64,000 bases of DNA from Gammaproteobacteria bacterium (GCA_041556855.1 JBFFHS010000003.1:16684-80683); one strand, 5' to 3'. Counted from the stretch's first letter, positions 1 to 9,884 are shown. Numbers and translations: made by a program. The notes: a model not told the origin generated them from the sequence alone.

Positions 1-593
1 TCAATGTCAATGACGGGCGAACCCGAGGAGCCTCCGGATGTGCTGGAGGCCGCCTGCAGATAGAAGGTATTGAAATCATTATATTTACCCCGACCATAGT
101 CGGGCGCGGCTCGATCCAGGCGGGCGATGGTGCCGGCCAGGATTGACAGCCGCTCTCCGGCGTCATTACCAATGACGCGGATGTCGCGACCGATTTGAGC
201 GGCCTCGGGCACCAGCTCCAGCTCCGTCGGCTGGATGAACTTCAGCGCTTTCGGGTCATAGCGAAAGAACCCGAAATCGTGTACCGGATCTCGATACACG
301 GGCACCAGGTCCACTTCCTCCTGGTTCAAAAACACCGCCTGAGCGACCACGGGTCCCGGTGTGACCACATGCCGATTGGTAAGGATGAGGCCCTGTTTGG
401 CATCCACCACGAAGCCAGTGGCCTGGGTGGATTGATTCCATTCAGTGTCGAAGGCACGGGTGCCGTCCACGCGGATGGAAACCACGCCGGAGGCAATGCG
501 CTCGAGCGTCTTGCTCCAGCGCAGCTGTTGGCCCTCGGCGGCCTGGCCGGCCACAGAGAGGCCCAGCAAGGTCAGCAGCAGAATACGTCTCAT
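1..593 (-). CDS. Secreted trypsin-like (S1 family, HtrA/Nma111-like) serine protease, N-terminal part. The gene continues past the left edge of the window.
   Basis: Absent from the ORF track because it runs off the edge. My reverse-strand translation from ATG 593..591 gives [21 protein letters not shown] (signal peptide), then LILTNRHVV (His), DFGFFRY (Asp) and [13 protein letters not shown] (Ser), an ordered catalytic triad. GC3 is high in this frame. Confidence 0.75.
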   Translation of the reverse strand, partial: MRRILLLTLLGLSVAGQAAEGQQLRWSKTLERIASGVVSIRVDGTRAFDTEWNQSTQATGFVVDAKQGLILTNRHVVTPGPVVAQAVFLNQEEVDLVPVYRDPVHDFGFFRYDPKALKFIQPTELELVPEAAQIGRDIRVIGNDAGERLSILAGTIARLDRAAPDYGRGKYNDFNTFYLQAASSTSGGSSGSPVIDI

Positions 594-687
594 AAGCGCG
601 GAATTGCTGATGGGTATCGTTAACAGACCCATTCTAGCGGCATTTTGCTCCCTAGACCCGCGCTCGGATTGCGCCGTGCCCAAGGCC

Positions 688-2181
688 TCAGACCACTTGC
701 CGGGTACTCACCGTGTCCGGTTCGGGCGCATCCGGCTGATAGCGGATATCCAGTTGCCGGGCAGCCCGGACATCATCCAAGCGCCGCACGGGCGTCGTGT
801 AGGGCGCACCCCTGACCACTTCAGGATCGGTTTTCGCTTGCTCGCGAATCTCGACCATTGCGGCAACGAAGCCGTCCAAGGCTTCCTTTGGCTCCGTTTC
901 CGTTGGCTCGATCAGAAGGCACTCCGGGACCAGCAGCGGGAAATAGGTGGTGGGGGCGTGAAAACCACGGTCCAGAAGTGCCTTGGCGAAGTCCATGGCC
1001 CCGACGCCCAACTCTTTGGCCTCCCGTTTCAACGTCACGATAAATTCGTGACTGGCACGGCGACTGGGAAATGCCAGCTCGAAACCGGCCCGCTGCAGCT
1101 CTGCCATGAGATAGTTGGCATTCAACGTCGCGTAATCGGCGACCCGCTCCATGCCGCGCCGACCCAGCAGGCGCATATAGACATAGGCCCGCAGTAGCAC
1201 GCCGGCATTGCCCATGAAGGCGGACAGCCGACCAATGCTGTTGGGGCAATCCGCCTCCGTCAGCCAGCGGTATTCATCAGCCTCCCGAGCGACAATGGGC
1301 ACGGGCAAAAACGGCGCCAGCTTGTCGCCGACCCCCACCGCGCCGGACCCGGGACCACCCCCACCGTGGGGCGTGGAGAAGGTCTTATGCAGGTTCATGT
1401 GAATGACATCGAACTGCATCTTGCCCGGTTGTACCTTGCCCAGAATCGCGTTCAAGTTTGCGCCGTCGTAGTACAGCAGGCCGCCCGCCTCATGCACGAT
1501 CTCCGCAATCGCATCGATGTGCCGTTCAAACACGCCCAAGGTCGACGGGTTGGTCAGCATAATGCCTGCAGTGTGACGGCCGACCGCGTTGCGCAGGGCC
1601 TCCAGATCCACATCGCCCTGCTCGTCGGTGGGCAGTTCTGTCACCGTACAGCCGCACATGGTGGCAGTGGCGGGGTTGGTGCCATGGGCTGCATCGGGCA
1701 CCAGAATCTCAGTGCGCGCGGCATCGCCACGGTGCAGGTGATAGGCGCGGATCATAGCCACGCCCGCCAGCTCTCCCTGAGCTCCGGCCATCGGCGTCAA
1801 CGAGACGGCCCGCATGCCCGTGACGGCCTTGAGCATCTCCTGCAGCTCCCACATACACTGCAAAAAGCCCTGAGAACTGGCAAGGGGAGCGAGCGGATGG
1901 CGCGCCAGGAAACCCGGCAACATGGCCAGATGGTTGGACGCCCGCGGATTGTATTTCATGGTGCAGGAGCCCAGCGGATAAAAGTGGGTGTCGATGGAGA
2001 AATTCATCTGCGACAACCGCGTAAAATGACGCACCGCCTGTAACTCGGAGACCTCCGGCAGGGCGGGGGGCTCGCTGCGCAACAACTCGGCGGGCAAACC
2101 CAGCGGCGCCTCCGCCTGATCCAGATGGGCGCGCCGGTTTCGGCCCGGCTGGGACTGTGTGAAGATCAGCGGTTCCGTCAT
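688..2181 (-). CDS. gcvPB: Glycine dehydrogenase (decarboxylating) subunit 2
   Basis: 497 aa. Contains the PLP-lysine region [22 protein letters not shown] start/stop overlap with gcvPA at 2178-2181. Last gene of the gcvT-H-PA-PB cluster. Confidence 0.95.
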   Translation of the reverse strand: MTEPLIFTQSQPGRNRRAHLDQAEAPLGLPAELLRSEPPALPEVSELQAVRHFTRLSQMNFSIDTHFYPLGSCTMKYNPRASNHLAMLPGFLARHPLAPLASSQGFLQCMWELQEMLKAVTGMRAVSLTPMAGAQGELAGVAMIRAYHLHRGDAARTEILVPDAAHGTNPATATMCGCTVTELPTDEQGDVDLEALRNAVGRHTAGIMLTNPSTLGVFERHIDAIAEIVHEAGGLLYYDGANLNAILGKVQPGKMQFDVIHMNLHKTFSTPHGGGGPGSGAVGVGDKLAPFLPVPIVAREADEYRWLTEADCPNSIGRLSAFMGNAGVLLRAYVYMRLLGRRGMERVADYATLNANYLMAELQRAGFELAFPSRRASHEFIVTLKREAKELGVGAMDFAKALLDRGFHAPTTYFPLLVPECLLIEPTETEPKEALDGFVAAMVEIREQAKTDPEVVRGAPYTTPVRRLDDVRAARQLDIRYQPDAPEPDTVSTRQVV

Positions 2182-3554
2182 ACCCCATTCCTCATCGTCT
2201 CAAGCTGCCTCTCCAGACTCACAGCGTATCTTTCCAGATCGGCGGGTGTCTTGGTCTCCGTGGCACACACCAACAGCGCGTTGCCGAGTTCGGGAAAGTG
2301 TCGGCCCAGGCTCAGGCCGCCGAGAATGCCGTCGGCAGCCAGACCGTCCAGCACCCCGTCGACCGGCTGGTCCAACCGAATGACGAACTCGTGAAAATGG
2401 GCGCCGGAGAAGGCGGCCTGCACGCCGGCGATACCTTCCAGACGCGCCTTCAGCGCCGCGGCGTTGGCATGACAGGCGGTGGCGACCTGGCGCAGCCCCA
2501 CGGGTCCCAACAGGGCCATGTAGATGGTGGCCGCGGTCACCACCAGACCCTGATTGGTACAGATATTTGAGGTCGCCTTGCCCCGGCGGATGTGCTGCTC
2601 GCGGGCCTGCAGGGTGAGAGTAAAGCCCTCGCGCCCGTCCACATCCACCGTGCGGCCGACGATTCGGCCCGGCATCTGCCGCACCAGTTTCTGGCGGGCG
2701 GTGAGGAAGCCGAAGTAGGGCCCTCCGGAGCTCAGGGGCACCCCCAGGGGCTGGCCTTCGCCGCAGGCGATATCCACGCCTGCCGCGCCCCATTGGCCCG
2801 GCGGTTTCAGCATGGCTAGAGACAACGGGTTGACGACAGCAATGCTCAGTGCACCGTGTTGTGCTGCCCAATTTGTCAGCCGGTCCACGTCCTCCAGGGC
2901 ACCGAAGAAACCCGGTTGGGGGATGACCAGGGCGGTAATGTCCTGGCCTGCGTAGGCATCCAGGGCGGTGCAATCCGTGACCCCGGTCTCAAGATCGTAG
3001 GGCAGAGGCAGGAACTCGACCCCCTGGGTGCCGGTAATGGTCTCCAACACGCTGTGGTAACGCGGGTTGACCGTCGCGGGCAACAGCACCCGCCGCGACT
3101 TGGAGGTCCGGTTGGCGCGTACCGCCATTAACGCAGCCTCCGCCAGCGCCGACGCGCCATCGTAGAGGGACGCGTTTGACACATCCATCGCCAGCAGCGC
3201 TGTCAGCATGGACTGATACTCGTAAATCACCTGCAGGGTGCCCTGGCTCGCCTCCGCCTGGTAGGGCGTGTAGGCGCTGTAAAACTCGCCCCGGGTGGTG
3301 ATCTCCCATACGGCGGCTGGGATGTGGTGCTCGTATGCGCCGCCGCCAAGAAAACTTAAGCCCACCTGGTCCCGAGCTGCCCGCTCCTGCATGAGCCGGG
3401 TTACGGCAAGCTCGCTCAGGCTGTCGGGGACCCCCTCCAACGCGCTACCGCGCAGATCAGCAGGGATCTCGTCAAACAGATCATCGATGCTGTCTGCGCC
3501 GATGCTGGCCAGCATGGCGCTGGTATCACTCTGCGTGTGGGGAATGAAGGGCAT
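2178..3554 (-). CDS. gcvPA: Glycine dehydrogenase (decarboxylating) subunit 1
   Basis: 458 aa with a recognisable GcvPA N-terminus ([26 protein letters not shown]). Lies between gcvH and gcvPB. Confidence 0.95.
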   Translation of the reverse strand: MPFIPHTQSDTSAMLASIGADSIDDLFDEIPADLRGSALEGVPDSLSELAVTRLMQERAARDQVGLSFLGGGAYEHHIPAAVWEITTRGEFYSAYTPYQAEASQGTLQVIYEYQSMLTALLAMDVSNASLYDGASALAEAALMAVRANRTSKSRRVLLPATVNPRYHSVLETITGTQGVEFLPLPYDLETGVTDCTALDAYAGQDITALVIPQPGFFGALEDVDRLTNWAAQHGALSIAVVNPLSLAMLKPPGQWGAAGVDIACGEGQPLGVPLSSGGPYFGFLTARQKLVRQMPGRIVGRTVDVDGREGFTLTLQAREQHIRRGKATSNICTNQGLVVTAATIYMALLGPVGLRQVATACHANAAALKARLEGIAGVQAAFSGAHFHEFVIRLDQPVDGVLDGLAADGILGGLSLGRHFPELGNALLVCATETKTPADLERYAVSLERQLETMRNGV

Positions 3555-3587
3555 GGGCTCACCTCCTCCCGGCGGCCGGCACGGCCA

Positions 3588-3986
3588 TTATTCGTCCGCC
3601 TCGGCCAGCAACTGCTGATAGGCATCGGCGTTCAGCAAGTCCTCCAGCTCCAGGGGATTGGCTGGTCGCAGCTTGAAAATCCAACCCGCCCCATAGGGAT
3701 CCTCGTTGACCCGCTCCGGCGCATCCGTAAGCCCTTCGTTGGACGCGATCACGGCGCCGCTCAGCGGCGCATAAACATCCGACGCAGCTTTCACGGACTC
3801 CACCACGGCGCAGGCATCGCCCTGGGAAAATTCCGCGTCCGCCTCGGGCAACTCCACAAACACCAGATCACCCAGGGCCGTCTGGGCGTGATCCGTGATG
3901 CCCACGTCTACGGTGCCATCATCGTTCTCCCGCACCCACTCGTGCTGGGGCGTAAACCTGAGATCCTCGGGAATTTCACTCATCAT
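3588..3986 (-). CDS. gcvH: Glycine cleavage system H protein (lipoyl carrier)
   Basis: 132 aa. Lipoyl-lysine motif VVESVKAASDVYAP. Fits the gcv cluster synteny. Confidence 0.95.
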   Translation of the reverse strand: MMSEIPEDLRFTPQHEWVRENDDGTVDVGITDHAQTALGDLVFVELPEADAEFSQGDACAVVESVKAASDVYAPLSGAVIASNEGLTDAPERVNEDPYGAGWIFKLRPANPLELEDLLNADAYQQLLAEADE

Positions 3987-3994
3987 TGGGCTCC

Positions 3995-5083
3995 TTATAC
4001 GTCGGGCAGCGCCACCTGAATCCGCCCGTTACGCACAAAGGGCGGCGCGACACAGTGAGCTAGCTTGAGCTTGCCTCTGATTTCTACATCACAATTTTGA
4101 GCGGTGGCCACCGGGACTCGGGCCAGGCCGATCGCGCGCTGCATGGTGGGCGAGAAGGTGCCGCTCGTCACCAAGCCCTCGCCGGCTGGCGTAATCACCC
4201 GCTGGCCGCCGCGCAGCACGCCCCGATCGCCCAGAATCAGACCGACCTGCTTGCGTTCCAGGCCACGAGCGCCCTGGCGCTGCAACGCGCCGCGACCGAC
4301 AAAATCCCGCTCGCCGATGGCGACTGTCCAACTCAAGCCGCATTCCAGCGGCGTGATGGTTTCGTCCATATCAGCGCCGTACAGATTCATGCCGGCTTCC
4401 AGACGCAGGGTATCCCGCGCGCCAAGGCCGCACGGCACCACCTGGGCCGCCAGCAGCGCGGCCCAGAGACGCGGCGCCTCATCGCGACTGAGCATGATTT
4501 CAAAACCATCTTCTCCCGTATATCCCGTGCGCGCCACGAACAGCCCGTCAACATCGCAGCTGCTGAAGGGCCGCAAGGCCAACAGGTCGTTCTTGCCCAA
4601 GACAGCGGCAACCCGATCCCGGGCGGCGGGTCCCTGCACAGCCAGCATGCCCAGATCGGTCCGCGACGTGATGCCGACTTCATAACCAGCCGTCGCGACT
4701 TGCTCCTTGAGCCAAGCCACGTCCTTATCCGCGGTAACCGCATTGACGACCAGGCGGTAGGACTCAGCGCCGCGGTAGTACACGATCAGATCGTCGAGGA
4801 TCCCGCCATCCGGCCGCAACATGCAGCTGTACAGAGCGCGGCCCGGCGCGCCCAGTTTGGCTATGTCGTTGGCAAGGACGTAGCGCAGCGCGGTGGCGGC
4901 TTCGAACCCGGTGATATCCACCACGCGCATGTGAGATACGTCGAAGACCCCCGCCTCGCGGCGCACCACGTGATGCTCGGCGATCTGAGACCCGTAGTGC
5001 AAAGGCATGTCCCATCCACCGAAATCCACAAGCTTGGCGCCTGCCGCCCGATGCGCATCATATAGAGCCGTCTGCTTACCCAT
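3995..5083 (-). CDS. gcvT: Aminomethyltransferase (glycine cleavage T protein)
   Basis: The ORF track starts at a TTG at 5110. I prefer ATG 5083 because MGKQTALYDAHRAAGAKLVDFGGWDMPLHYGSQIAEHH aligns with the E. coli GcvT N-terminus as I recall it. A GGAGG lies about 14 nt upstream. Confidence 0.93.
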   Translation of the reverse strand: MGKQTALYDAHRAAGAKLVDFGGWDMPLHYGSQIAEHHVVRREAGVFDVSHMRVVDITGFEAATALRYVLANDIAKLGAPGRALYSCMLRPDGGILDDLIVYYRGAESYRLVVNAVTADKDVAWLKEQVATAGYEVGITSRTDLGMLAVQGPAARDRVAAVLGKNDLLALRPFSSCDVDGLFVARTGYTGEDGFEIMLSRDEAPRLWAALLAAQVVPCGLGARDTLRLEAGMNLYGADMDETITPLECGLSWTVAIGERDFVGRGALQRQGARGLERKQVGLILGDRGVLRGGQRVITPAGEGLVTSGTFSPTMQRAIGLARVPVATAQNCDVEIRGKLKLAHCVAPPFVRNGRIQVALPDV

Positions 5084-5112
5084 CGTTTGCCGCCGGGCCT
5101 CCATCGCCAATT

Positions 5113-5151
5113 CAACAAAAAGGGGCGGCGAGCCTTGCGGCCCGCCGCCCC
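5113..5151 (-). terminator. Intrinsic terminator forming the expression platform of the glycine riboswitch
   Basis: Minus strand reads GGGGCGGCG-ggccgcaaggct-CGCCGCCCC followed by UUUUUGUUG. The 5' arm shares 2 nt with the 3' strand of aptamer-2 P1 (CAGAGG). Confidence 0.65.
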
Positions 5152-5335
5152 TCTGTCCTTCAACCTGAGAGATTGGGCGCCCGAGTCGATGCGAGTAGCG
5201 CCGATCACCTTCGGTGGGTCTGCAATGAGACCACTCTCCAGAGCCGACCGGGAAGCTGACGTCCGTTTGCCTGAGCGTTTCCGAGCGGTGGTTGCGCCTT
5301 CGGCGCCCCGGGGAAACCCGGGGTCTCTCCGCCAG
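5151..5335 (-). promoter_or_regulatory. Tandem glycine riboswitch (two aptamers) in the gcvT leader
   Basis: Minus-strand aptamer 1: CUGGCGGAGAGACCCCGGG..CGCCGAAGGCGCAACC..CUCAGGCAAACGGACGUCAG. Aptamer 2: CUCUGGAGAGUGGUCU..CCACCGAAGGUGAUCGG..CUCAGGUUGAAGGACAGAGG. Both carry the conserved GGAGAG / CCGAAGG / CUCAGG..GGAC cores of the Rfam Glycine family. The position upstream of gcvT is the classic location. Confidence 0.85.
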
Positions 5336-5357
5336 ATCCGTAACGATCGGGAATCAG

Positions 5358-5387
5358 ATGATAGCCGAAGACGTCGGCCACCACCAA
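5358..5387 (-). promoter_or_regulatory. Candidate sigma70 promoter for the riboswitch-gcvTHP transcript
   Basis: Minus strand TTGGTG-N18-TATCAT ends about 20 nt upstream of the first aptamer. Pattern match only. Confidence 0.3.
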
Positions 5388-5579
5388 CGCGGTGGCTGGC
5401 GGCAGAGCGCCGTGGTCGTTTTGGGGTTTTAAGCACGCAGCTTTCGTTGGCCGTGTCACCCGTTACCAGGCCGGCAAGCCAGAACCACTGAATCAGCTCA
5501 CCACTGATTCCACATGGGGCGTTGCCCGGCAGCGCTCCGCGGATCCTGGGATCGATCTGGTCAAAACGGCCCCGGCGCC

Positions 5580-6536
5580 CTAGGCGGCGAACGCAGCCTG
5601 AGCACGTTGGACGCGCGCAGCGAAGTCGGTGCCGCGGTCCGGCCAGGCCTCGACTTCCCGGAGCCTCTTGCCCAGCCCGGCGCGGTTGGCGATCTGGATG
5701 TTCAGACCGGGGCGCGCATTAAGCTCCAGAATCAGCGGCCCCCGCTCCCGGTCCAGCACGATATCCACGCCCAGGAACCCCAGCCCGACCACATCGTGAC
5801 AACGCGCGGCCAGTGCCATGATCTCGTCCCAGCGCGGCACTTGAATGCCAGTAATCATGTTGCCCGTGTCCGGATGTTCATCGACCATGTCATTGGCCAA
5901 CACGCCGACACCGGTCACGCCGGTGGCGATATCGATCCCGGCGCCCACTGCGCCCTGGTGCAGGTTGGCCTTGCCACCAGAAAGGCGCGTCGGCAGGCGC
6001 ACCATGGCCATCACCGGGTACCCAAGGAACACGATGATGCGAATGTCGGGGATTCCGAGATAGCTGATGGCTTGAAACACTGGATCGTGCTGCACGCAAT
6101 ACTCGATCAACGCCTGATCCGGATTACCACCCAGGCTGTACTGACCGCTGAGGATATTGGATACGTGGTAGCGCAGCTCCGCAAGCTGCATGATCTTGCC
6201 ATCGATCAAATGGAACCGATCACGCCGGCGATGGCCGCGATGAGACACCACCACGATACCGTCGCCGCCGCTGCCGTGGGCCGGCTTGACCACGAAGCTG
6301 TCCCGCTCCGCCAGGGTCTGTGGCAATTCGCCGGCATCGTGCTCGGTGCGGACCACGCCATACAGCGCCGGCACGGCCATGCCGGCCGCCAATGCCAACT
6401 CCTTGCTGCGCAGCTTATCGTCCACCAGAGGATACAGGGCACGGGGATTGTGGCGCATGATGTAGTCACCGTTGCGCTCGTTAAGACCTAACACGCCCCG
6501 GGCGGAGAGCTGCCGCAGTCGACTCAGGAGCTTCAC
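5580..6536 (-). CDS. RimK-like ATP-grasp enzyme (alpha-L-glutamate ligase-related protein)
   Basis: The ORF track extends to 6692, but that part overlaps the upstream gene. A GTG at 6536 gives VKLLSRLRQLSARGVLGLNERNGDYIMRHNPRALYPLVDDK, typical of this family, and forms a GTGA overlap with the upstream stop at 6533-6536. An ATP-grasp-like core follows (FVVKPAHGSGGDGI ... LELNARPGLNIQIAN). Confidence 0.85.
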   Translation of the reverse strand: MKLLSRLRQLSARGVLGLNERNGDYIMRHNPRALYPLVDDKLRSKELALAAGMAVPALYGVVRTEHDAGELPQTLAERDSFVVKPAHGSGGDGIVVVSHRGHRRRDRFHLIDGKIMQLAELRYHVSNILSGQYSLGGNPDQALIEYCVQHDPVFQAISYLGIPDIRIIVFLGYPVMAMVRLPTRLSGGKANLHQGAVGAGIDIATGVTGVGVLANDMVDEHPDTGNMITGIQVPRWDEIMALAARCHDVVGLGFLGVDIVLDRERGPLILELNARPGLNIQIANRAGLGKRLREVEAWPDRGTDFAARVQRAQAAFAA

Positions 6537-8056
6537 GGGGCACGCTCGAAGGCTCGAAAACGGACGAACTCGGAGAGCCTGTAGCCCCGATAGCGGCCCA
6601 GCAGCAGCGTAGCCGCCAGAAACAGCAGGAGCAGCTCCGGGAACACGAAGACCATATGCTCCAGGTAATCCATCCCCATGACCGCGTAGCAAATTGCCGC
6701 CACCACCAGACTGCCGAGCCCCTGCTGCAACGCCTCCTTGGCACCGCGCTCTTCCCAGACGATGGACATGCGCTCGATGACCATGGTCAGGATCACCATG
6801 GGAAAGAGCGCCACGGACAAACCGACTTCCACGCCCAGCTTGGCGCTGATCACACTCACCAGCAGCATGAGTAAAACCACGCTCACCAGCACCGTGGCCA
6901 AACGCGGCACCAGCAGCAAGCGCAGCTTCTCCAGCAGGAAGCGAATAGCCAGGCCCAGGCCCACCAGTAGCGTGAACAGCACGACGCCGGAGAACAGCCG
7001 GGTCTCGCGAAACGCCAACGCAATCAGCACCGGCATGAATGTCCCGAAGGTCTGTATGCCCACCACGTTACGGGCCAGCACGATGACCAGCGCACCGATG
7101 GGAATGAGCAGCAGCACGCTGTAAACGGCCTGAGTCTGAATGGGCAGTGAAAACAGAGAAAACTCCACCAACCGGGACCGGGCCCGCTCGGCCCGGGCCT
7201 CGGCAACGACCATGGCCTCGGCCACGTTCTTGGTGACCGCCAGGCGCACATCGGTGTTTCGCCCCCCCTCCACGTGGACCAGAGGCTGACTGCCGCGCCA
7301 CCAGAACAAAAATTCCTGGGGCAATCCCGGCTCGCCGCTGGTGGGGTTGAAATACAGCCAGCGATCGCCGTCATGAATTTCAAGCCATGGCACGATGGCC
7401 GCGTTACGTTGCTGCTCCAGCAGCTGAATCCCCCGCACCAGCCGTGACGGAATCCGATTGCCCGCCAGCAGCGTGCTGGCCGCCTGGGCCAGTTCCGTTG
7501 GTGTGGTGACCTGGGACAGGAACAGCGCCACGTTCTGATCCGGCGACGGATCGTTCAGGCGCCGCAAGAGCTCGGACGTAAACGTCGCCGCGTCTGCCGA
7601 TGCCGCCCGCACCTCGTCTACCAAGACCTGCATAGCCGTGTTGTAGGGTTCGTCCAGCACGGGCACCGGCGGCAGCGTCGGCGTGGTGTCCTCGCGGAGA
7701 TTGGCCCGATCACGATAGACCACGGCGCGGTAATACAGGGTTTGGGGTCCCTCGGCCTGGCGCACTGCCCACTGAGCCGTGCGGCCGCTGGCGGTGTACA
7801 GCGTGGTGAACCCGAAGCTGGGAGATACGAAGTTCTCTTTAAAAACGGTGTAGCCAGGCGTCAGGGTAGGAATCTGCAGACTGACCTTCACGGAACCGGG
7901 CAACGCCTCGAAGGCAATGCGAGCCTCCACGGTCCAGACGTCCGTGGTTTCGTTGGGCACCAGCGGAAAGCCCAGCACAATTACCTTATAGCTGAACAGG
8001 CTCAGTCCGATGAGACCGAGCAGTGCTGCGATAATCAGCACCGGCCGCAAGCTCAT
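6533..8056 (-). CDS. Membrane protein with an N-terminal anchor, a large extracytoplasmic inactive-transglutaminase-like domain and a C-terminal multi-pass (about 7 TM) domain
   Basis: 507 aa. N-terminal TM segment VLIIAALLGLIGLSLFSYKVIVLGF, about 280 aa of soluble sequence, then about 200 aa of consecutive hydrophobic segments. I recall this architecture as the Transglut_i_TM/7TM_transglut family, which co-occurs with the flanking two genes. ATGA overlap with the upstream protease gene at 8053-8056. Confidence 0.8.
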   Translation of the reverse strand: MSLRPVLIIAALLGLIGLSLFSYKVIVLGFPLVPNETTDVWTVEARIAFEALPGSVKVSLQIPTLTPGYTVFKENFVSPSFGFTTLYTASGRTAQWAVRQAEGPQTLYYRAVVYRDRANLREDTTPTLPPVPVLDEPYNTAMQVLVDEVRAASADAATFTSELLRRLNDPSPDQNVALFLSQVTTPTELAQAASTLLAGNRIPSRLVRGIQLLEQQRNAAIVPWLEIHDGDRWLYFNPTSGEPGLPQEFLFWWRGSQPLVHVEGGRNTDVRLAVTKNVAEAMVVAEARAERARSRLVEFSLFSLPIQTQAVYSVLLLIPIGALVIVLARNVVGIQTFGTFMPVLIALAFRETRLFSGVVLFTLLVGLGLAIRFLLEKLRLLLVPRLATVLVSVVLLMLLVSVISAKLGVEVGLSVALFPMVILTMVIERMSIVWEERGAKEALQQGLGSLVVAAICYAVMGMDYLEHMVFVFPELLLLFLAATLLLGRYRGYRLSEFVRFRAFERAP

Positions 8057-8553
8057 GGCTCAAGCGGCAACTGATTGCACCTTGGCGGTGTCGTGTGCGC
8101 GAGATCCGCATCGACCAGCACCAAACCCGCCAGAGCATTGCGGCCCAGCAGGACCGGATGGTCGAAGTTGCTGCGATCCACCAGGCTGAATTCCACATCG
8201 CGCCAGACCCGCCCAAGGCAGACACCCAACGCCACCACCGGCCGGCGCTGGTATTGACCGTCGTGTTGTTTGATGCGGACCATGCGAACCAGCGGCCGTT
8301 CGACCAGCTGGGGCGAGGCCCCGTCGCCGCCGGGAAGCTGAAAGCGTACAAAGCGTTTCTCGCCACGCCGAAAGCGGTAAATTTCGCGGGCGTCGATGGA
8401 GGACGTGGTCGCACCCGTATCCAGCTTGGCCTCAAGAGTAGCGGCGGTCCCCTGCACCCCAACCCGCTCAACCCAGCCAAAGATGAATTTTTCTGCGGCA
8501 GCGGCGCCCGGCATGGTCGCCGCCGCGCCGACCAGAACGATTAGCTTTATCAT
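8053..8553 (-). CDS. Secreted retropepsin-like aspartic protease (family often annotated 'ATP-dependent zinc protease', RimB-like)
   Basis: ATG at 8553 gives MIKLIVLVGAAATMPGAAAAEK (signal peptide). A D-T-G-A motif lies in LEAKLDTGATTSSIDA. The track's TTG start at 8598 lacks support. Confidence 0.8.
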   Translation of the reverse strand: MIKLIVLVGAAATMPGAAAAEKFIFGWVERVGVQGTAATLEAKLDTGATTSSIDAREIYRFRRGEKRFVRFQLPGGDGASPQLVERPLVRMVRIKQHDGQYQRRPVVALGVCLGRVWRDVEFSLVDRSNFDHPVLLGRNALAGLVLVDADLAHTTPPRCNQLPLEP

Positions 8554-8630
8554 TAAGGTATTCAAGATATTGCCGGGTGGCCCCACATCACCAGGCAATT
8601 ATACGAGTTTGTGTCTGTGGACCGCGGTTT

Positions 8631-9884
8631 TCAGCCTGGTAGGCGCTCTGCCGGCAATGGCGGCCGGGCTGCGGCGGGCAGCCGCCCGCTGACCCCCAGT
8701 GCCTCCCGGACGAGCAGATTCTTCAGCGGGCCGGCGCCATTCACGCTCGCCATACCCAGTTTGCGCAGCGGTTGGAAGGCCGGCTCTGGCAATCCGAACA
8801 GACGGTGCAGGCCGTCCAGCGCCAGCATCATGCTCAGGTTCGCGCCCTTGCGCTGCCGTTCGTAGCGACGCAGCTGCCGCTGGTCACCCGGGTCCCAGCC
8901 GCTGGCGAAACTTTCGCACAGAGCGTCCACCAGCGTCCCTGCATCCAGCAGGCCCAGATTGGCACCCTGGCCAGCCAGGGGGTGCACGGTATGGGCAGCA
9001 TCGCCGAGCAAGACCAGCCGCGGTGCCGTGTAGCGCTGAGCATGCAGCAGCTGCAGAGGGAAGCTCAGCCGCTCACCATGCGCCACGATGTCGCCCAGAA
9101 CCCCGCCCGTCGCTTCGGTCAGCCGCGCCATGAAGGTGTCGCCGTCACTATTCAACAGCGCCGTCGCCTCCCCCTCAGGCAGCGACCATACGACCGACGA
9201 CCGGCCATCTGCCAGCGGCAGCAGGGCAACCGGTCCACCCGCCAGAAAGCGTTGATAGGCGATACGCCCGTGGGGTTGGGCCGTGGCCACATGGCTAACC
9301 AGCGCCCGTTGTCTGTAGCCCCAACCGGAGGTGGCAATGCCCGCCAGACGGCGCACCATGGAACCGGTTCCATCGGCGCCCACCAGCAACGCACCGGAGC
9401 GCCGCACGCCGCTGGCTAAGGTCAGCGAGATCTCATCACGAGTCGCCGCGAGATCCACCACGCGCTGCTGCGGCAGGTACTCCACCTGGTCGGGTAAGGC
9501 AGCGAACAAACTGGTTCGAACCAGTCGATCCTCCACGATATGACCCAGATTAGGCTCGCCGACGTCGGCCGCGTCGAAGCACAGCGTGCCAGCGCCCCGG
9601 GGGCCGTGGCTGCCCTCCCAAACCCGCATGGCCTGGAAGGGCGACACGCGCGTCGCCGCGATCCGCGGCCACGCTCCGGCAGCTTCCAGAATCAACTGTG
9701 ACGCACGCGACAGGGCGTACACCCGCAGGTCCAGGTCCGGCTCGTCAAGCACTTCCGGCGCGGGTCGCCCGTCGATCACGGTGATGGCGCAGCCGGCCGC
9801 CGCGGCCGGCGCGGCGAGCAACGCGGCGACGCACAACCCGACGGGGCCCCCGCCCACCACGATGATGCGCTGCGGCTGGCTCAT
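8631..9884 (-). CDS. ubiI: FAD-dependent ubiquinone biosynthesis hydroxylase (UbiI/VisC-like)
   Basis: 417 aa. Dinucleotide-binding motif IIVVGGGPVG and family motif LLGDAAHTVHPLAGQGANLG. 4-nt overlap with ubiH. ygfB-pepP-ubiH-visC order as in E. coli. Confidence 0.88.
   Translation of the reverse strand: MSQPQRIIVVGGGPVGLCVAALLAAPAAAAGCAITVIDGRPAPEVLDEPDLDLRVYALSRASQLILEAAGAWPRIAATRVSPFQAMRVWEGSHGPRGAGTLCFDAADVGEPNLGHIVEDRLVRTSLFAALPDQVEYLPQQRVVDLAATRDEISLTLASGVRRSGALLVGADGTGSMVRRLAGIATSGWGYRQRALVSHVATAQPHGRIAYQRFLAGGPVALLPLADGRSSVVWSLPEGEATALLNSDGDTFMARLTEATGGVLGDIVAHGERLSFPLQLLHAQRYTAPRLVLLGDAAHTVHPLAGQGANLGLLDAGTLVDALCESFASGWDPGDQRQLRRYERQRKGANLSMMLALDGLHRLFGLPEPAFQPLRKLGMASVNGAGPLKNLLVREALGVSGRLPAAARPPLPAERLPG

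Noticed and set aside
195-1197. + strand ORFs 195-623 and 445-1197 at the left edge
   Set aside because: They overlap the edge-truncated minus-strand serine protease (clear H-D-S triad) and gcvPB, so they are antisense artefacts.
5514-6491. 325-aa + strand ORF
   Set aside because: Antisense to the ATP-grasp ligase gene, whose family-typical sequence is on the minus strand.
6537-6692. 52-codon N-terminal extension of the ATP-grasp ORF
   Set aside because: It overlaps the 3' end of the upstream 7TM gene. The GTGA-coupled GTG at 6536 gives the family-typical N-terminus.
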